From positions 11,876 through 75,875 of the forward strand of contig JBEKBJ010000007.1 in the NCBI GenBank assembly GCA_050015455.1: DNA of 64,000 nt, in the 5' to 3' direction. Position 1 is the stretch's first letter, and each line of letters begins with the position of its first letter. Source of the stretch: Candidatus Binatia bacterium. GTDB lineage: Bacteria; Desulfobacterota; Binatia; HRBIN30. This document shows positions 48,793-58,788 of this stretch, piece after piece. The notes beneath the pieces are model-generated. The model searched no databases. It was not told the DNA's origin and saw only the letters and a program-made list of their open reading frames with translations. Both the position numbers and the translations under genes were made by a program.

Positions 48793-51700
48793 ATGTTTTG
48801 CCCGAAGTGCGGCGCAAGAGGTAGCGACGAGGTTCTCTCCTGTGCCGAGTGCGGAGCTGCGCTCGGTCCGGCGTGCCTCGCCTGCGCCGCTCAGAACCTG
48901 CCGGGGTCGCGGTTCTGTCGGATGTGTGGACGGCCGCTGAGCGAGCCGTCGCCCGATCGGCCGAGCCGCTCTCCCGCTTCGTACACTCCACGCCATCTCA
49001 CAGAGAAGATCCTCACCTCCCGAGCCGCGCTCGAAGGGGAGCGAAAGCAAGTGACGGTCCTCTTCGCCGACGTGAAGGGGTCGCAGGAGATCGCGCAGCG
49101 CGTCGGCCCTGAGGCCTGGCACGGGATTCTCGATCGTTTCTTCGAGATCCTGTCCGCCGGAGTGCATCGGTTCGAAGGGGCCATCAACCAGTACACCGGC
49201 GACGGGATCATGGCGCTCTTCGGTGCGCCGATCGCCCACGAGGATCACGCGCAGCGGGCCTGCTTCGCAGCACTGCACCTGAAGGAGGAGCTGGCCTCAT
49301 TCAGCGCCGAGCTGCGCCGCACGCGAAGCCTCGACTTCTCGGTCCGCATGGGCCTCAACTCCGGCGAGGTCGTCGTGGGTCGCATTGGGGACGATCTACG
49401 GATGGACTATACGGCCCAAGGACACACCGTCGGCCTCGCCAGCCGCATGGAGTCGCTCGCCGAGCCGGGCACGATATACCTCACTCGGGTGACGGCAGCG
49501 CTGGTGTCGGGATTCTTCCGGCTGAAGGACCTCGGGAAGTTCTCCGTCAAGGGCGAGCGACGGAGCCTTCGAGTCTACGAGCTTGAGGGAGTTGGCTCGG
49601 TGCGGACGCGCTTCGACCAATCGGCCTCTCGGGGCCTGTCGCCGTTCGTCGGGCGAGAGGCTGAGATGGCGCGGCTCGAAAAGAGCCTTGAGGCCGCCGT
49701 CTCCGGAAGCGGCCATGCGGTTGGGGTGGTCTCGGAGGCCGGCTTTGGAAAGAGCCGACTCTTCTGGGAGTTCGCCGCGCAGTGTCGCTCTCGGGGAATC
49801 CTCGTCCTTCAGGCTCGCGGAGTACTTCACGGGCGGGCGATTCCGCTCTTGCCGGTCGTCGAACTGCTACGCGCGTACTTCGACGTTGGAGAAAACGACG
49901 CCGCCGCCTCGGTGCGCGAGAAGGTCGCCGGCCGGCTTGCCCTCCTCGGGGAGCCGTTCCGCGAAGCGCTGCCGTTCGTCTTCGATCTCCTACGGGTGCC
50001 CGAGACCGACCATCCCGCGCCGCGGATCGATCCGGAGGCTCGGCGCCGCCAGGTCCTCCGCCTGCTAAGGGATCTCTTGCGAGCCCGCAGCGATCAAGAA
50101 CCGATCGTCATCGTCGGCGAGAATCTTCAATGGTTCGACCGGGGAAGCGAGGCGGTTCTGGATCAACTCATCTCGGCACTTGCCGGAACCCGAACTCTCG
50201 TCGTCGTGAGCTACCGTCCCGATTACAAGCCCCCCTGGCGCGAACGCACAGGATTTCAAGAAATGTCCCTCGATCCGCTCGCGGCGGAGGCGACCTTGAG
50301 GCTGGCGGGCGAGCTCCTTGGCGACCATCGCTCGGTCCGCAGCCTCACCCTGCGCATGGCCGAGCGGAGTGGCGGCAATCCGTTCTTCGTCGAGGAAGCG
50401 ATCCGTTCGCTCAGGGCCAGTCACGAGATCACTGGGCGCACGGGGCGCTATCGAGCCGTGCGACGCGTCGAGGAGATCGAGATCCCGGCAACAGTCCAGG
50501 CGGTTCTCGACGCGCGGATCGACGCCCTCAAGGAGCGGGAGAAGGTCGTGCTCCAGACGGCGGCGGTCATCGGAAGGGAGTTCCCGTTGGCGGTGCTCCA
50601 GAGGATGGTCCCCTATTCGAAAGCGGAGCTGCGCGCCGCCCTCAAGGTACTCAGCGACACGCAGCTGCTGTCGCCGCCGCGATACGGTGGCGAGCCGCTG
50701 TACGCCTTTCGCCACTCCCCGACGCAGGAGGCGGCCTATCGATCTCAGCTCGTGCCACGCCGCCAGCAGCTCCACGCTGAGGTCGCCCGCATCATCGAAG
50801 AGCTTCATCCGGGAGCCGACGAGCACGCGGCGCTGATCGCGCACCACCGCGAGAGCGCCGGCGACGAGCGCGCGGCGGCGGACTGGTACACCCGCGCCGC
50901 GCGCTGGGTGGGATCCGATGACCCTGCCGAAGCATACCGCCACTGGCAGAAGGTACGCGCGCTCCTCGCCCGCGACGACGGCGCTGCCGACGCGCTTCCG
51001 TTGCGCGTGTTGGCGCTGATTCAGATGCTGAACCTGAGCTGGCGTCTCGGCGTCGCCGAAGAAGAGGTGCGAGCGCTCTTCGAGGAAGTCCGGGATCTCG
51101 CCAAGCGGAGCGAGAGCAAGGACGCCCTGGCCAGAGCGTACTTAGCCTACGCCGTCGTTCGCGGAATGGCCGGTCACCTCGAGGAGTCGTTGAAGAACGT
51201 CCGCGAGGCGACGCAGCTCGCGGAGGACTCGGAGAACGCGGATCTCAATCTCGGTCTGAAGATGGCCTTCGCCTACTTCGGGGCGGCAGCCGGGCGGTTG
51301 CGGGAATCCTTGGCGACCACGGAGGCCGCGCTCTCCGGGAATGGCAGATATCCGACTCGGAGCGCCGAGCTGGCAGGGATCGACCCGGCCGTCTTCTTGA
51401 CCGCATTTCGCGGCCACTTGCTCGGCCAGTTGGGGAAGCTCACCGAAGCTCGGGAGGCACTCGACGCCGCGCTGGAACTCGCGGCCGAGCACGTCGATTC
51501 GGAGGTTCGCGGATGGATCCACGGGTGGATCGTCGTGCTCGCCCGCGCCACCGGCGAGACGGCGGACGTGCTCGAACATGCCAACCGCGGACTCGAGATC
51601 GCAGAAAGGACAGGGAGTTTCTTCTCGCAGGTCGTCGCGTTTGCGCATCTTGGACGCGCCCTCGCCCTCCGCGGGGAGTGGCAAGAGGCGATCGGCGCCT

Positions 51701-52155
51701 TCGAGAAATCGCTTGAGATTGCCCGCGCGAAGAGGATTGGATGCGAGATCGAAGCGGGAATTGTGGCCGATCTCGCCGAAGTCAACTCCTCGATCGGCAA
51801 TCACCAGGCGGCGCTGGCGCTCGCCTGGGAAGCGATCGAAATGGCGCACCGGCGCGGTGTGAAGGTAGAGGAATGCCGAGCGCACCTCGTCAACGCGCGC
51901 GTGCTCCTCCGGGCCGAGGGCGCGCCCAAGCAACGCGCCGTCCGCAAGGCGCTGGAAACGGCGGCGGAGCTCGCGCGCGCGACCGAGGCGCGCGTCTACG
52001 AGCCCTTCATCCACCTCGAACTCGCGGAGGTGGCGAGGCTGGCAGGAGACGAGGCGGCTCGCGCCAGCGCGCTGCGAACCAGCTCGGAGCTGTTCGCGGA
52101 GATGGGCGCCACCGGCCATCAGGCGACGGCTGCCGGCGACTCGGATCTCGGATAG
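48793..52155 (+). CDS. Zn-ribbon + class III adenylate/guanylate cyclase + STAND-type ATPase + TPR protein
   Basis: CPKC..CAEC..CLAC..CRMC; ERKQVTVLFAD, YTGDGIMALFG; FVGREAE, EAGFGKSRL, SGGNPFFVEE; helical C-terminus. Confidence 0.9.
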   Translation: MFCPKCGARGSDEVLSCAECGAALGPACLACAAQNLPGSRFCRMCGRPLSEPSPDRPSRSPASYTPRHLTEKILTSRAALEGERKQVTVLFADVKGSQEIAQRVGPEAWHGILDRFFEILSAGVHRFEGAINQYTGDGIMALFGAPIAHEDHAQRACFAALHLKEELASFSAELRRTRSLDFSVRMGLNSGEVVVGRIGDDLRMDYTAQGHTVGLASRMESLAEPGTIYLTRVTAALVSGFFRLKDLGKFSVKGERRSLRVYELEGVGSVRTRFDQSASRGLSPFVGREAEMARLEKSLEAAVSGSGHAVGVVSEAGFGKSRLFWEFAAQCRSRGILVLQARGVLHGRAIPLLPVVELLRAYFDVGENDAAASVREKVAGRLALLGEPFREALPFVFDLLRVPETDHPAPRIDPEARRRQVLRLLRDLLRARSDQEPIVIVGENLQWFDRGSEAVLDQLISALAGTRTLVVVSYRPDYKPPWRERTGFQEMSLDPLAAEATLRLAGELLGDHRSVRSLTLRMAERSGGNPFFVEEAIRSLRASHEITGRTGRYRAVRRVEEIEIPATVQAVLDARIDALKEREKVVLQTAAVIGREFPLAVLQRMVPYSKAELRAALKVLSDTQLLSPPRYGGEPLYAFRHSPTQEAAYRSQLVPRRQQLHAEVARIIEELHPGADEHAALIAHHRESAGDERAAADWYTRAARWVGSDDPAEAYRHWQKVRALLARDDGAADALPLRVLALIQMLNLSWRLGVAEEEVRALFEEVRDLAKRSESKDALARAYLAYAVVRGMAGHLEESLKNVREATQLAEDSENADLNLGLKMAFAYFGAAAGRLRESLATTEAALSGNGRYPTRSAELAGIDPAVFLTAFRGHLLGQLGKLTEAREALDAALELAAEHVDSEVRGWIHGWIVVLARATGETADVLEHANRGLEIAERTGSFFSQVVAFAHLGRALALRGEWQEAIGAFEKSLEIARAKRIGCEIEAGIVADLAEVNSSIGNHQAALALAWEAIEMAHRRGVKVEECRAHLVNARVLLRAEGAPKQRAVRKALETAAELARATEARVYEPFIHLELAEVARLAGDEAARASALRTSSELFAEMGATGHQATAAGDSDLG

Positions 52156-52260
52156 ATGAAGAGTGGAGCCGGCGACCGGCTGCGACTCCACCCAGATGCG
52201 GTCGCCGTGGAACTCGACCATCTTCCTGCAGATGGCCAACCCGATCCGGGAGCCGGGACA
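52156..52260 (-). pseudogene. C-terminal remnant of a sensor histidine kinase (HATPase_c)
   Basis: PGSRIGLAICRKMVEFHGDRIWVESQPVAGST (degenerate G2 box and tail). Confidence 0.7.
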
Positions 52261-52354
52261 GTCGGCGGAGCGCCGCCCTCCACACGGCGGAGCATTTTCT
52301 GGGCAGTCTCCACCTGAAGAGGCTCGCGGTGAGGCTGGCCCGCAGGCGTGCCGG

Positions 52355-52609
52355 TCAGGCAGCCTTGCGAGACTTCGGACGCGACGGGGCGGCGAAACGG
52401 CCGCGCCAGGTTGCCTGCCACTGGCGACCTGGTCCTCCCGGCACTTCTACTTCTTCGGGGTGTTCGAACTGATAGATTCGCTTCAACAGGGCTTTTGGAT
52501 CCGTCCACCGGCCGAGCGCCCGCAGAGGCCGGTCCTTTGCTTCCCAAGCCACTACGAGCTTCCCACCAATCTCAATCTGGACTCGCCGGAGGGCATCAAT
52601 CTTCTTCAT
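52355..52609 (-). CDS. Small hypothetical protein
   Basis: 84-aa ORF with TTGAAT-17-CATAAT (52647-52619) just upstream. Confidence 0.4.
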   Translation of the reverse strand: MKKIDALRRVQIEIGGKLVVAWEAKDRPLRALGRWTDPKALLKRIYQFEHPEEVEVPGGPGRQWQATWRGRFAAPSRPKSRKAA

Positions 52610-52754
52610 ACCGCCTACATTATGGACATTCTGAGTCCGTTATTCAACCCCGCCCGAGCCCACGCTTGTCTAGTCCCGCACTTCGCTCCCGACTTGTGGG
52701 AAACGCTTGCAGCCGTTTTCGGCCAAGAACCCGCCCCGTTAGAAATCTGACACC

Positions 52755-53405
52755 GCTCTGCGGGCCCATCCGTAACCATGAGCCCGACCGGAAGCGGCCC
52801 GGGTTTGTCCACTTCAGGCCGGAAGCGCACGGTGCCTTCCGGCACGGTGCCGCGTCGACCCGCGCCCAGCTGTCCGAGCTGGTGAGCGCGGTCAGCAGCA
52901 CCTTGATGCGTTTGTTGCCCTCGTCCGGGATGGGCGTGACGGTGCGTGCCAGCGCAAACACGGCGGCGATGTCGAGGCTCTTGCGGAACGTGCCTTCGTC
53001 GAAGACCGGCGCGCGCGGCATGAAACTATCCGCGCCGTAGAAGCGATTGCGCTCATCGGCTATCAGATCGTTGCCGGCACGCACGTCATGGTGCGCCAAG
53101 AACTGGACCACGGATTCCGGGGCGTCGGGATCGATCATCAAGAGCACCCGGCCGCCGCTGTCGAGATAGCGAGAGAGCAGGTCGGCTTCGCCGGGCAGGA
53201 AGTTGCGCGTCGGTCCCGGCAGGATGACCACCGTGCATTCGGCGGGGACTCCGTCAGCGGGGAGCGTCGACAGGGTGGGGATCTCGAAGTTCTCCTTCTC
53301 CAGCGCCTTGGCGACCTCGCTGTAACCGGTGCGTTCGCCGGAGTCCTGCGGGCTGTGCTCGCCGTGGCCGGCCACGAAGCACAGCGTGCGGTGCTGCTGG
53401 CGCAT
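52755..53405 (-). pseudogene. Internal fragment of GldG-like ABC-transporter auxiliary protein
   Basis: TLCFVAGHGE, GYSEVAKALEKENF, VVILPGP, YLDSGGRVLLMIDP; frameshift near 52850 to DKPGPLPVG; no N- or C-terminus. Confidence 0.75.
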
Positions 53406-53607
53406 CGGCGATCACGTCGTAGCCAGCGACGATGGCCTGCCCGCTGGTCAGCGGAAAGACGCCGCCGAGAATGCTCATCGTGGTAGTCTTGCCCGCGCCG
53501 TTGGGCCCGAGAAAGCCGACGATCTCGCCGCGCTCGACCTCGAATGAGACGTCGGAGATAGCGGTCAGCGACCCAAAACACTTGGTCAAACGTTGCGCGC
53601 GGATCAT
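53400..53607 (-). pseudogene. N-terminal fragment of GldA-like ABC ATP-binding protein
   Basis: AISDVSFEVERGEIVGFLGPNGAGKTTTM, cut after about 68 aa (no signature or Walker B) and joined to the GldG fragment. Confidence 0.8.
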
Positions 53608-53740
53608 GAAATCGTAGCCTTCCTATAGTCGACCGTGGCCGCGGGGCTCAATGCTGGCGGCTGGCCACGTTTATGCTCGATCGACGAGGCGCGAAGTATA
53701 GGGTTCGGGGCCGACTCTACCGAAGCAGGTGAGGGAGAGT

Positions 53741-53828
53741 ATGCCAGGACGAATGGAGGCTGAGGTCGCCGTTATCACCGGCGGTGCCAACGGGATCGGC
53801 CGCGCCACCGTGCTGCGATTCCTTCGCT
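53741..53828 (+). pseudogene. N-terminal remnant of a short-chain dehydrogenase
   Basis: SD GAGGGAG + MPGRMEAEVAVITGGANGIGRATVLRFL (TGxxxGIG), then runs into the convergent gene. Confidence 0.65.
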
Positions 53829-55337
53829 TCAGCCTCCGCCCAGTGAGCGGATATCCGGCTCGCGGACGTATACCTGTATGTTGCGCGAGCCCCACAAGAC
53901 GTGCCTTCCGCTGCGTGCCGAGTCCGCCTCGCTCAACACCGGATAGTTCCTTAGTAGCGCATAGCCGCCGAGCGTCCCGGCTGCCAACTCACGCCGGAAC
54001 GCTTCGCTGAATACCTCCATCGAGACCACAAGCTGCGGAGACAAGTCCCGCACGGCTTGCGGCGGAATTGCGCCGATGCTGCCGCTGGACCGCTCCTCCG
54101 GCACTTTCATGGGATGATACTTAAGGCACTCTGGCGAAATCAGACCGGCGGCGTCGATGACGCGCCCACGGAAGGTCCAGCCCAATGCGCCGACCTCTGG
54201 CGTCATCAGCACCGCATCGGGGAACAAGGCGGAGAGATCGGTCCCGATATGCAGATACTGCCGTGTCCTTGCCCCTTCCGCGTAACTAGGATGCTGCGAG
54301 GGGTCGCGCACCAGCAGCCCGTACGCTTCCCTCATGGCCGACGCAGGAAAACGGTGAATGGCCGCGAGGAGCAGCAGGATCGCATACGTCTTCTTGTCTC
54401 GAAGGAGGGCACACATGGCCACAGCCAGCGGCAAGAGGATCAACGGGACATACCACTGGAACAGGAACGTGCGGGTTACAGCATAGAGGCCAAGCAGCAA
54501 GAGAGGGAAAAACGCCGCGCCCTTCGCCCATGCTGGTGTGTCGGGCCTCGTCGCTTCGTAAAGCAAGACCGCGCTCGCCACGGCGAATGGAACCACCGCC
54601 CAGGGCTCCATCTCGGCTAGGCTCAAGAACTCCTTGAAATTGAGCTGGTACAACTTGGCCTTGGCGAAGACGGTGTTCGGGATGACGGTGCTGAAGAAAT
54701 AGTAATCCGACACCAGCAAGAATAGCAGTGGAAACGCGCCGCCGATCACATACCGCCTTCGCGAGGCCGCACCAGGCGCCAGTAGGAACCCGATCAGCAA
54801 CCAGGCTGCGAACTCGTACCGCACGAGCAGGGCCAACGCCGAAAACAGCCCAAAGGCCACAAATCGGTTCCGCTGGAGGCATAGCAGCGACGCGAGGAAG
54901 AACGACAACGCCGCAGGCGTTTCCATCAGCTGAGCAGCAACGCCCAGCAGGAAGACGGTCACAATCACGAACGCCAGGGCAGCTGAGGCAAGCATCGAAA
55001 ACCGGCGGGAGAAGAGGACTGCGCACAGGGCGAATGCCACCAGGGTGAAGGCCAGGTCTGCATAGGGCACGTTCTCCGGGTGCACTCCCGCCACAGCAAA
55101 CATCGCGCTGATCAACAGCGTCCACAGAAACGAACTGCTGCCCGACACCGGTTGACCAATGTTGTAATACGGCTGTCCGTGCTCCACGAAATTTCGCGCA
55201 ATGCGGAAATGAATGTAAGCGTCGTCCGAAGGGTACTGCGAATAGAGCGCGATGTATGAATGGAAGTACACAGCGGTGGCGAGCACAAAGACGGCGGCAA
55301 GCACATATTGCCGCGTCTTGAGACTGGAGCGCCACAT
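53829..55337 (-). CDS. GT-C-fold-like polytopic membrane glycosyltransferase
   Basis: DDAYIHFRIARN, GSSSFLWTLL, METP, LVRYE, PNTVFAK, EVGALG..IDAAGL. Confidence 0.7.
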   Translation of the reverse strand: MWRSSLKTRQYVLAAVFVLATAVYFHSYIALYSQYPSDDAYIHFRIARNFVEHGQPYYNIGQPVSGSSSFLWTLLISAMFAVAGVHPENVPYADLAFTLVAFALCAVLFSRRFSMLASAALAFVIVTVFLLGVAAQLMETPAALSFFLASLLCLQRNRFVAFGLFSALALLVRYEFAAWLLIGFLLAPGAASRRRYVIGGAFPLLFLLVSDYYFFSTVIPNTVFAKAKLYQLNFKEFLSLAEMEPWAVVPFAVASAVLLYEATRPDTPAWAKGAAFFPLLLLGLYAVTRTFLFQWYVPLILLPLAVAMCALLRDKKTYAILLLLAAIHRFPASAMREAYGLLVRDPSQHPSYAEGARTRQYLHIGTDLSALFPDAVLMTPEVGALGWTFRGRVIDAAGLISPECLKYHPMKVPEERSSGSIGAIPPQAVRDLSPQLVVSMEVFSEAFRRELAAGTLGGYALLRNYPVLSEADSARSGRHVLWGSRNIQVYVREPDIRSLGGG

Positions 55338-55506
55338 GCCGGGGCCAGCAAGGGAAGGAGAGCGCTGGGGTGAGGTGATGAGATATTCGGCGAACATCTG
55401 AGACAGGACAGTAGGTACTCTTTGAGGATGGCGAACTGATTTACCGAAAGTCTCTGAGCCGGACGAGTCCCCCACTCCTCGTGCTGGGGCCGCCGCCACG
55501 TGGCGG

Positions 55507-55869
55507 CTATGGCGCTGCCTGCGAGGAGGCGTCGGCTGCGGACGCTTCCGCGGGGTCAGCCTGCGAGGCGGTGGCGCGCTCGAGGAGGCGCCGTGCCGCC
55601 GGTGAGAGGTAGACGTCTTCGAGTGGGCGGCCGGCCAGCTCATCCACCAGGATGTCGATCTGGGCGCTGGGGGACAGGCCGCGGTCGAGCAAAATGACAT
55701 GCTTCTCCCGCACCCGACAGCTGCCGCTGCGGACGCGGTAGCCCACCTCGCGCAGCAGCTTCTCCTCGCGCACCTCGAAGCCGAGGCGGGTTGCAGCCCC
55801 CTTCAGTTCTTCCAACAAGGCCAGCAGTTCACTGGCGCTGCGCGCTTGCTTCTCCGTCGGCCGTGCCAC
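55507..55869 (-). CDS. Conserved hypothetical protein
   Basis: GTG start after GAGGAG; LEELKGAATRLGFEVREEKL..SGSCRVR..YLSPAARRLLE. Confidence 0.65.
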   Translation of the reverse strand: MARPTEKQARSASELLALLEELKGAATRLGFEVREEKLLREVGYRVRSGSCRVREKHVILLDRGLSPSAQIDILVDELAGRPLEDVYLSPAARRLLERATASQADPAEASAADASSQAAP

Positions 55870-56052
55870 CGGGCTCTCCTCACGCAGCAAGTTTGTACTG
55901 GAGCACAGCGGCGTTGTAAACCCCGCACGGGTGGGCGCACCTTCCGGGTATTCCCGCTTGCGAACGCGCCAACCACGGAACGCTGCCGGGCGGCGGTATT
56001 TTTCGGACCACCCGTTGTGCTAAAGGGCCAATAGATTCGGTAAGGTTGGGCG

Positions 56053-56477
56053 GTGTTAGACGTCCAAATTCGGCGGGATGACGTTCAGGAATTGAGCAAC
56101 CGCGATCAGGTCGCTGCGCTCTTTGCGGCGCTCGGCTATCAGATCGACTCGCGCCTTACCCATTCGTCGGCCAATCTCGGAATCACGAGCGAGCCCCTGG
56201 TTCGCCAGGTCACACACCTGGAGCGGCTGGCCGATCAGGAAGGGCTGCGATCGACGCGGTGTTGTTCCGTTGTTACGGCTTGTTCGACGATGGTGCTCGG
56301 TGCGTCCGCAGAAGGCTGGAAGACGTGCTATGAACGGAACCCGGCAGTTGGAAATTGATCTGCAACACCTCGTCTTCGACCTCTACGGCTTGACACCCGA
56401 GGAAGTGCAGCTCCTTCCGCACCACCGCCCCGCCGCGCGACCCGCTGGCGTTGGTGGAGGCGCAGACATTGCCGTGA
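56053..56477 (+). pseudogene. Collapsed type IIG/Eco57I-like restriction-modification locus
   Basis: N-terminal VQELSNRDQVAALFAALGY..ERLADQEGL joined to a C-terminal IDAVLFRCYGL..RLEDVL* (stop 56333), then ATGA-coupled LVFDLYGLTPEEVQLL(fs)RTTAPPRDP. Confidence 0.55.
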
Positions 56478-56709
56478 GTTGAAGCGTCAAGGGAGCCAGG
56501 CCATACTGAACAAAATGAATCCGCGCGCCTTCTCGCCGAGGCCCGGGACCTAGCGAGGTCGTGCGTGGAGTTGATTGGCCTCGGCTCAATACCGGTGACG
56601 TTGCTGGCGAGCTTGACGACAGCGACAGTCTCCCCATCGCAATGCCAACACCTCCCCGCAGCGACAGCCCGTGAGAGCCAGCAGCTTGATTCGGGGCCCG
56701 TCTCTCGAA

Positions 56710-56845
56710 CTACGGCAGCCCGGCGGTTCTCCGAAGCACGTCAATATCGAAAGTGCCGATCGGGACTTTCTCAGCTCGGTAGGACCAGTTTCCCGGGCTC
56801 ATGAATACCATGTCTAGCAGGTCGTGACCAGCAGCGTCGACCTCG
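56710..56845 (-). pseudogene. 3' end of the arylsulfotransferase-like gene, displaced by the transposon
   Basis: EVDAAGHDLLDMVFMSPGNWSYRAEKVPIGTFDIDVLRRTAGLP*, in frame with ...NLVFTEV at 62208 once the element and one TSD are removed. Confidence 0.88.
56838..56845 (+). repeat. Target-site duplication, left copy (CGACCTCG)
   Basis: Identical 8-mer at 62208-62215. Confidence 0.93.
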
Positions 56846-56966
56846 GGTACCGGGTGAATTCACCCAGTCGGGCCGCTGGGTGATTTTGGCTCCGGCGTAG
56901 GCAACAGCTCGCGCTCACTGTACTATCCGAAGACGGACAACCACCGACCCAAACCCGGACAATGGC

Positions 56967-58103
56967 CTATCGAGTCTTTGGGGCGAACTCTATGATCTGA
57001 GCTGAGGGTTGGATTTGAGGGGTTACGGGGGAAGGGATCGGCACAGCAGCAATTTCTTGAAGCGTTCGAGGATACCAGTGCAACGCGTGCGCGAGGTCGG
57101 CCGGCAGCATATTGTAATCCTTACGGACCTGTTCAAAAGCCAGCGAGATTAGTTCTGGATTTTGGGCATCAAACTCACCAAGCTCGTGTTTTCTGCCCCA
57201 ACGCGCGCTGATGTACTTGAACGCCCTTTGATACTGGAGCGAGTCTATGAGCCGTAGCTCGTGAGCGCGGAATACCATCGCTTGCACGCTTGTCCGCCAG
57301 CGTTGCTTCAGCCTCAGCAGTACGTCCCATCTTAGCCAGCCACGGGAATCGCAGGCGCCGCTTGCCCGAAACTCCCGTGCGAAGCCGGTTCGGGGAAGCA
57401 AAAACGCGCCGCCAAAATGATCCGCTTCACGTTCCGTCTCGGGCGTACCAGTCGGTTTTCCCTTGTGCAAGACAAGGTGCCCGCATTCGTGCGCGAGATC
57501 CATTTCGGATCTCGAAACAGATTTCTCGTTCAGAATCACCGCGCTCCGAGTTCCGGGCCTGGAGAACGCATCTAGGTTTTGGGGAAGATCTCGGAATTTA
57601 GCAACGACCACACCGGCCAATTCCAAGACCCTGGTCATGCCAGCAATAGGAACGTCCAATCCCAAGCCCCACTGCATACGACAGTGCTCCGCCGCTCGTT
57701 CGATATCTTCGGCGTTCTCGGCGCGAATGATTGGCAGGTTGGTTTCCGGAAGAGATACTGCCGAATCTAGGTATGAGATGAGCATGCCCAAGAGCGTGCC
57801 GTGAGCCAACGCTCGTTGGCGAATCCAGAGCGGCGTGGACGCGCGCTTTCGAAACGCGCACTCCTCGTCCTGAAACGCCTCGGTAAGTGGTTCCTGGAAG
57901 AACTGGACTTCGAATCCAAGCAACTCGCCCAGCGCAGCGAGGAGCAGGCCACTAGGTTTCTTACGCCCGCTTTCCAAGAATGCAATGAACTGCGGGTAGA
58001 TGTCGTTGAGTTCCTTGCCAACCTGAGAGAGAGTCAGGCCCCGAAATGTGCGTGCGAGCCTAAGTTTTTCGCCGAAGAATATCTGACTATTCTTTGCTCT
58101 CAT
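56967..58103 (-). CDS. XRE-HTH + ImmA/IrrE Zn-metallopeptidase (RmrA-like antitoxin)
   Basis: GEKLRLARTFRGLT..LESGRKKP HTH; AHECGHLVLH (HExxH), EREADHFGGAFLLP. Confidence 0.88.
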   Translation of the reverse strand: MRAKNSQIFFGEKLRLARTFRGLTLSQVGKELNDIYPQFIAFLESGRKKPSGLLLAALGELLGFEVQFFQEPLTEAFQDEECAFRKRASTPLWIRQRALAHGTLLGMLISYLDSAVSLPETNLPIIRAENAEDIERAAEHCRMQWGLGLDVPIAGMTRVLELAGVVVAKFRDLPQNLDAFSRPGTRSAVILNEKSVSRSEMDLAHECGHLVLHKGKPTGTPETEREADHFGGAFLLPRTGFAREFRASGACDSRGWLRWDVLLRLKQRWRTSVQAMVFRAHELRLIDSLQYQRAFKYISARWGRKHELGEFDAQNPELISLAFEQVRKDYNMLPADLAHALHWYPRTLQEIAAVPIPSPVTPQIQPSAQIIEFAPKTR

Positions 58104-58728
58104 CGCCACTTCGTTTTTTGGTTTGTTTGGAACCAACATGTGGCCGGGGAAGCTTGCGGGCTGGCTTGTTGATAGGGGTGACCGGGGCGGGAGGCTCCTC
58201 AGCGGCGTCGTCGATGACCCACTCGTTGAAGATTTCGCCCTTGAGATTGGCCTGTTCGATCACAACGCGAATGCCGCGATGATCATCATCCGTTTCAACA
58301 GCCATGAGCCAGAAACGTTTTTCCTCGTCGGGAAGCTCTGCTGGCAGAAAACTGTTTTCCAGCTCCGCAAAGTCACGTTGGTGTTTCTTCAGTTCACGGA
58401 GACCGGACCTAAGGTACCGTCCCCTTGGCCTGAGATGATCGCCGCGGAAGATTCTAAGCGGCGTGCCTTCAATGAGCAGTACGTAATAGAGGGGATTCTC
58501 ACGCTGCACGGTTAGCCAGGGAATTTCGCCTTTGCGACATTTCTCCCAGAGTTGGTTGCCCGTTCGTTCATAGACACGAGACCCGAGACCAAATGGCCCG
58601 TCACCTTTTTGCGGCTGCTGCTCATCGACAGCATCGCTTCTAATTTCGAGCACGAGTTTCTTAAGAAATAACAGGCGTTCTTTCGTAAGATGGGGATCAA
58701 TTCCCCAAGGCTTGGCCATTCGCAGCAA
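58087..58728 (-). CDS. Hypothetical protein upstream of HTH-ImmA gene; putative toxin (RmrT-like position)
   Basis: 213 aa, strong SD GAGGAGG, overlaps the downstream peptidase gene by 17 bp; no recognisable catalytic motif. Confidence 0.65.
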   Translation of the reverse strand: MLRMAKPWGIDPHLTKERLLFLKKLVLEIRSDAVDEQQPQKGDGPFGLGSRVYERTGNQLWEKCRKGEIPWLTVQRENPLYYVLLIEGTPLRIFRGDHLRPRGRYLRSGLRELKKHQRDFAELENSFLPAELPDEEKRFWLMAVETDDDHRGIRVVIEQANLKGEIFNEWVIDDAAEEPPAPVTPINKPARKLPRPHVGSKQTKKRSGDESKE

Positions 58729-58788
58729 ACCTCCTCCTCAGTTCTTCCGTGATCCTAATGCCTGAGGTGGGCGGAAAAGTCAAGCCCT

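Noticed and set aside
52163-52750. Plus-strand 195-aa ORF
   Set aside because: Crosses several unrelated fragments; the minus-strand 84-aa ORF has the better promoter. Neither is certain.
55338-55700. N-terminal extension of the 623-aa ORF
   Set aside because: Overlaps the 55507-55869 gene in another frame and is low-complexity; the membrane protein plausibly starts at 55337.
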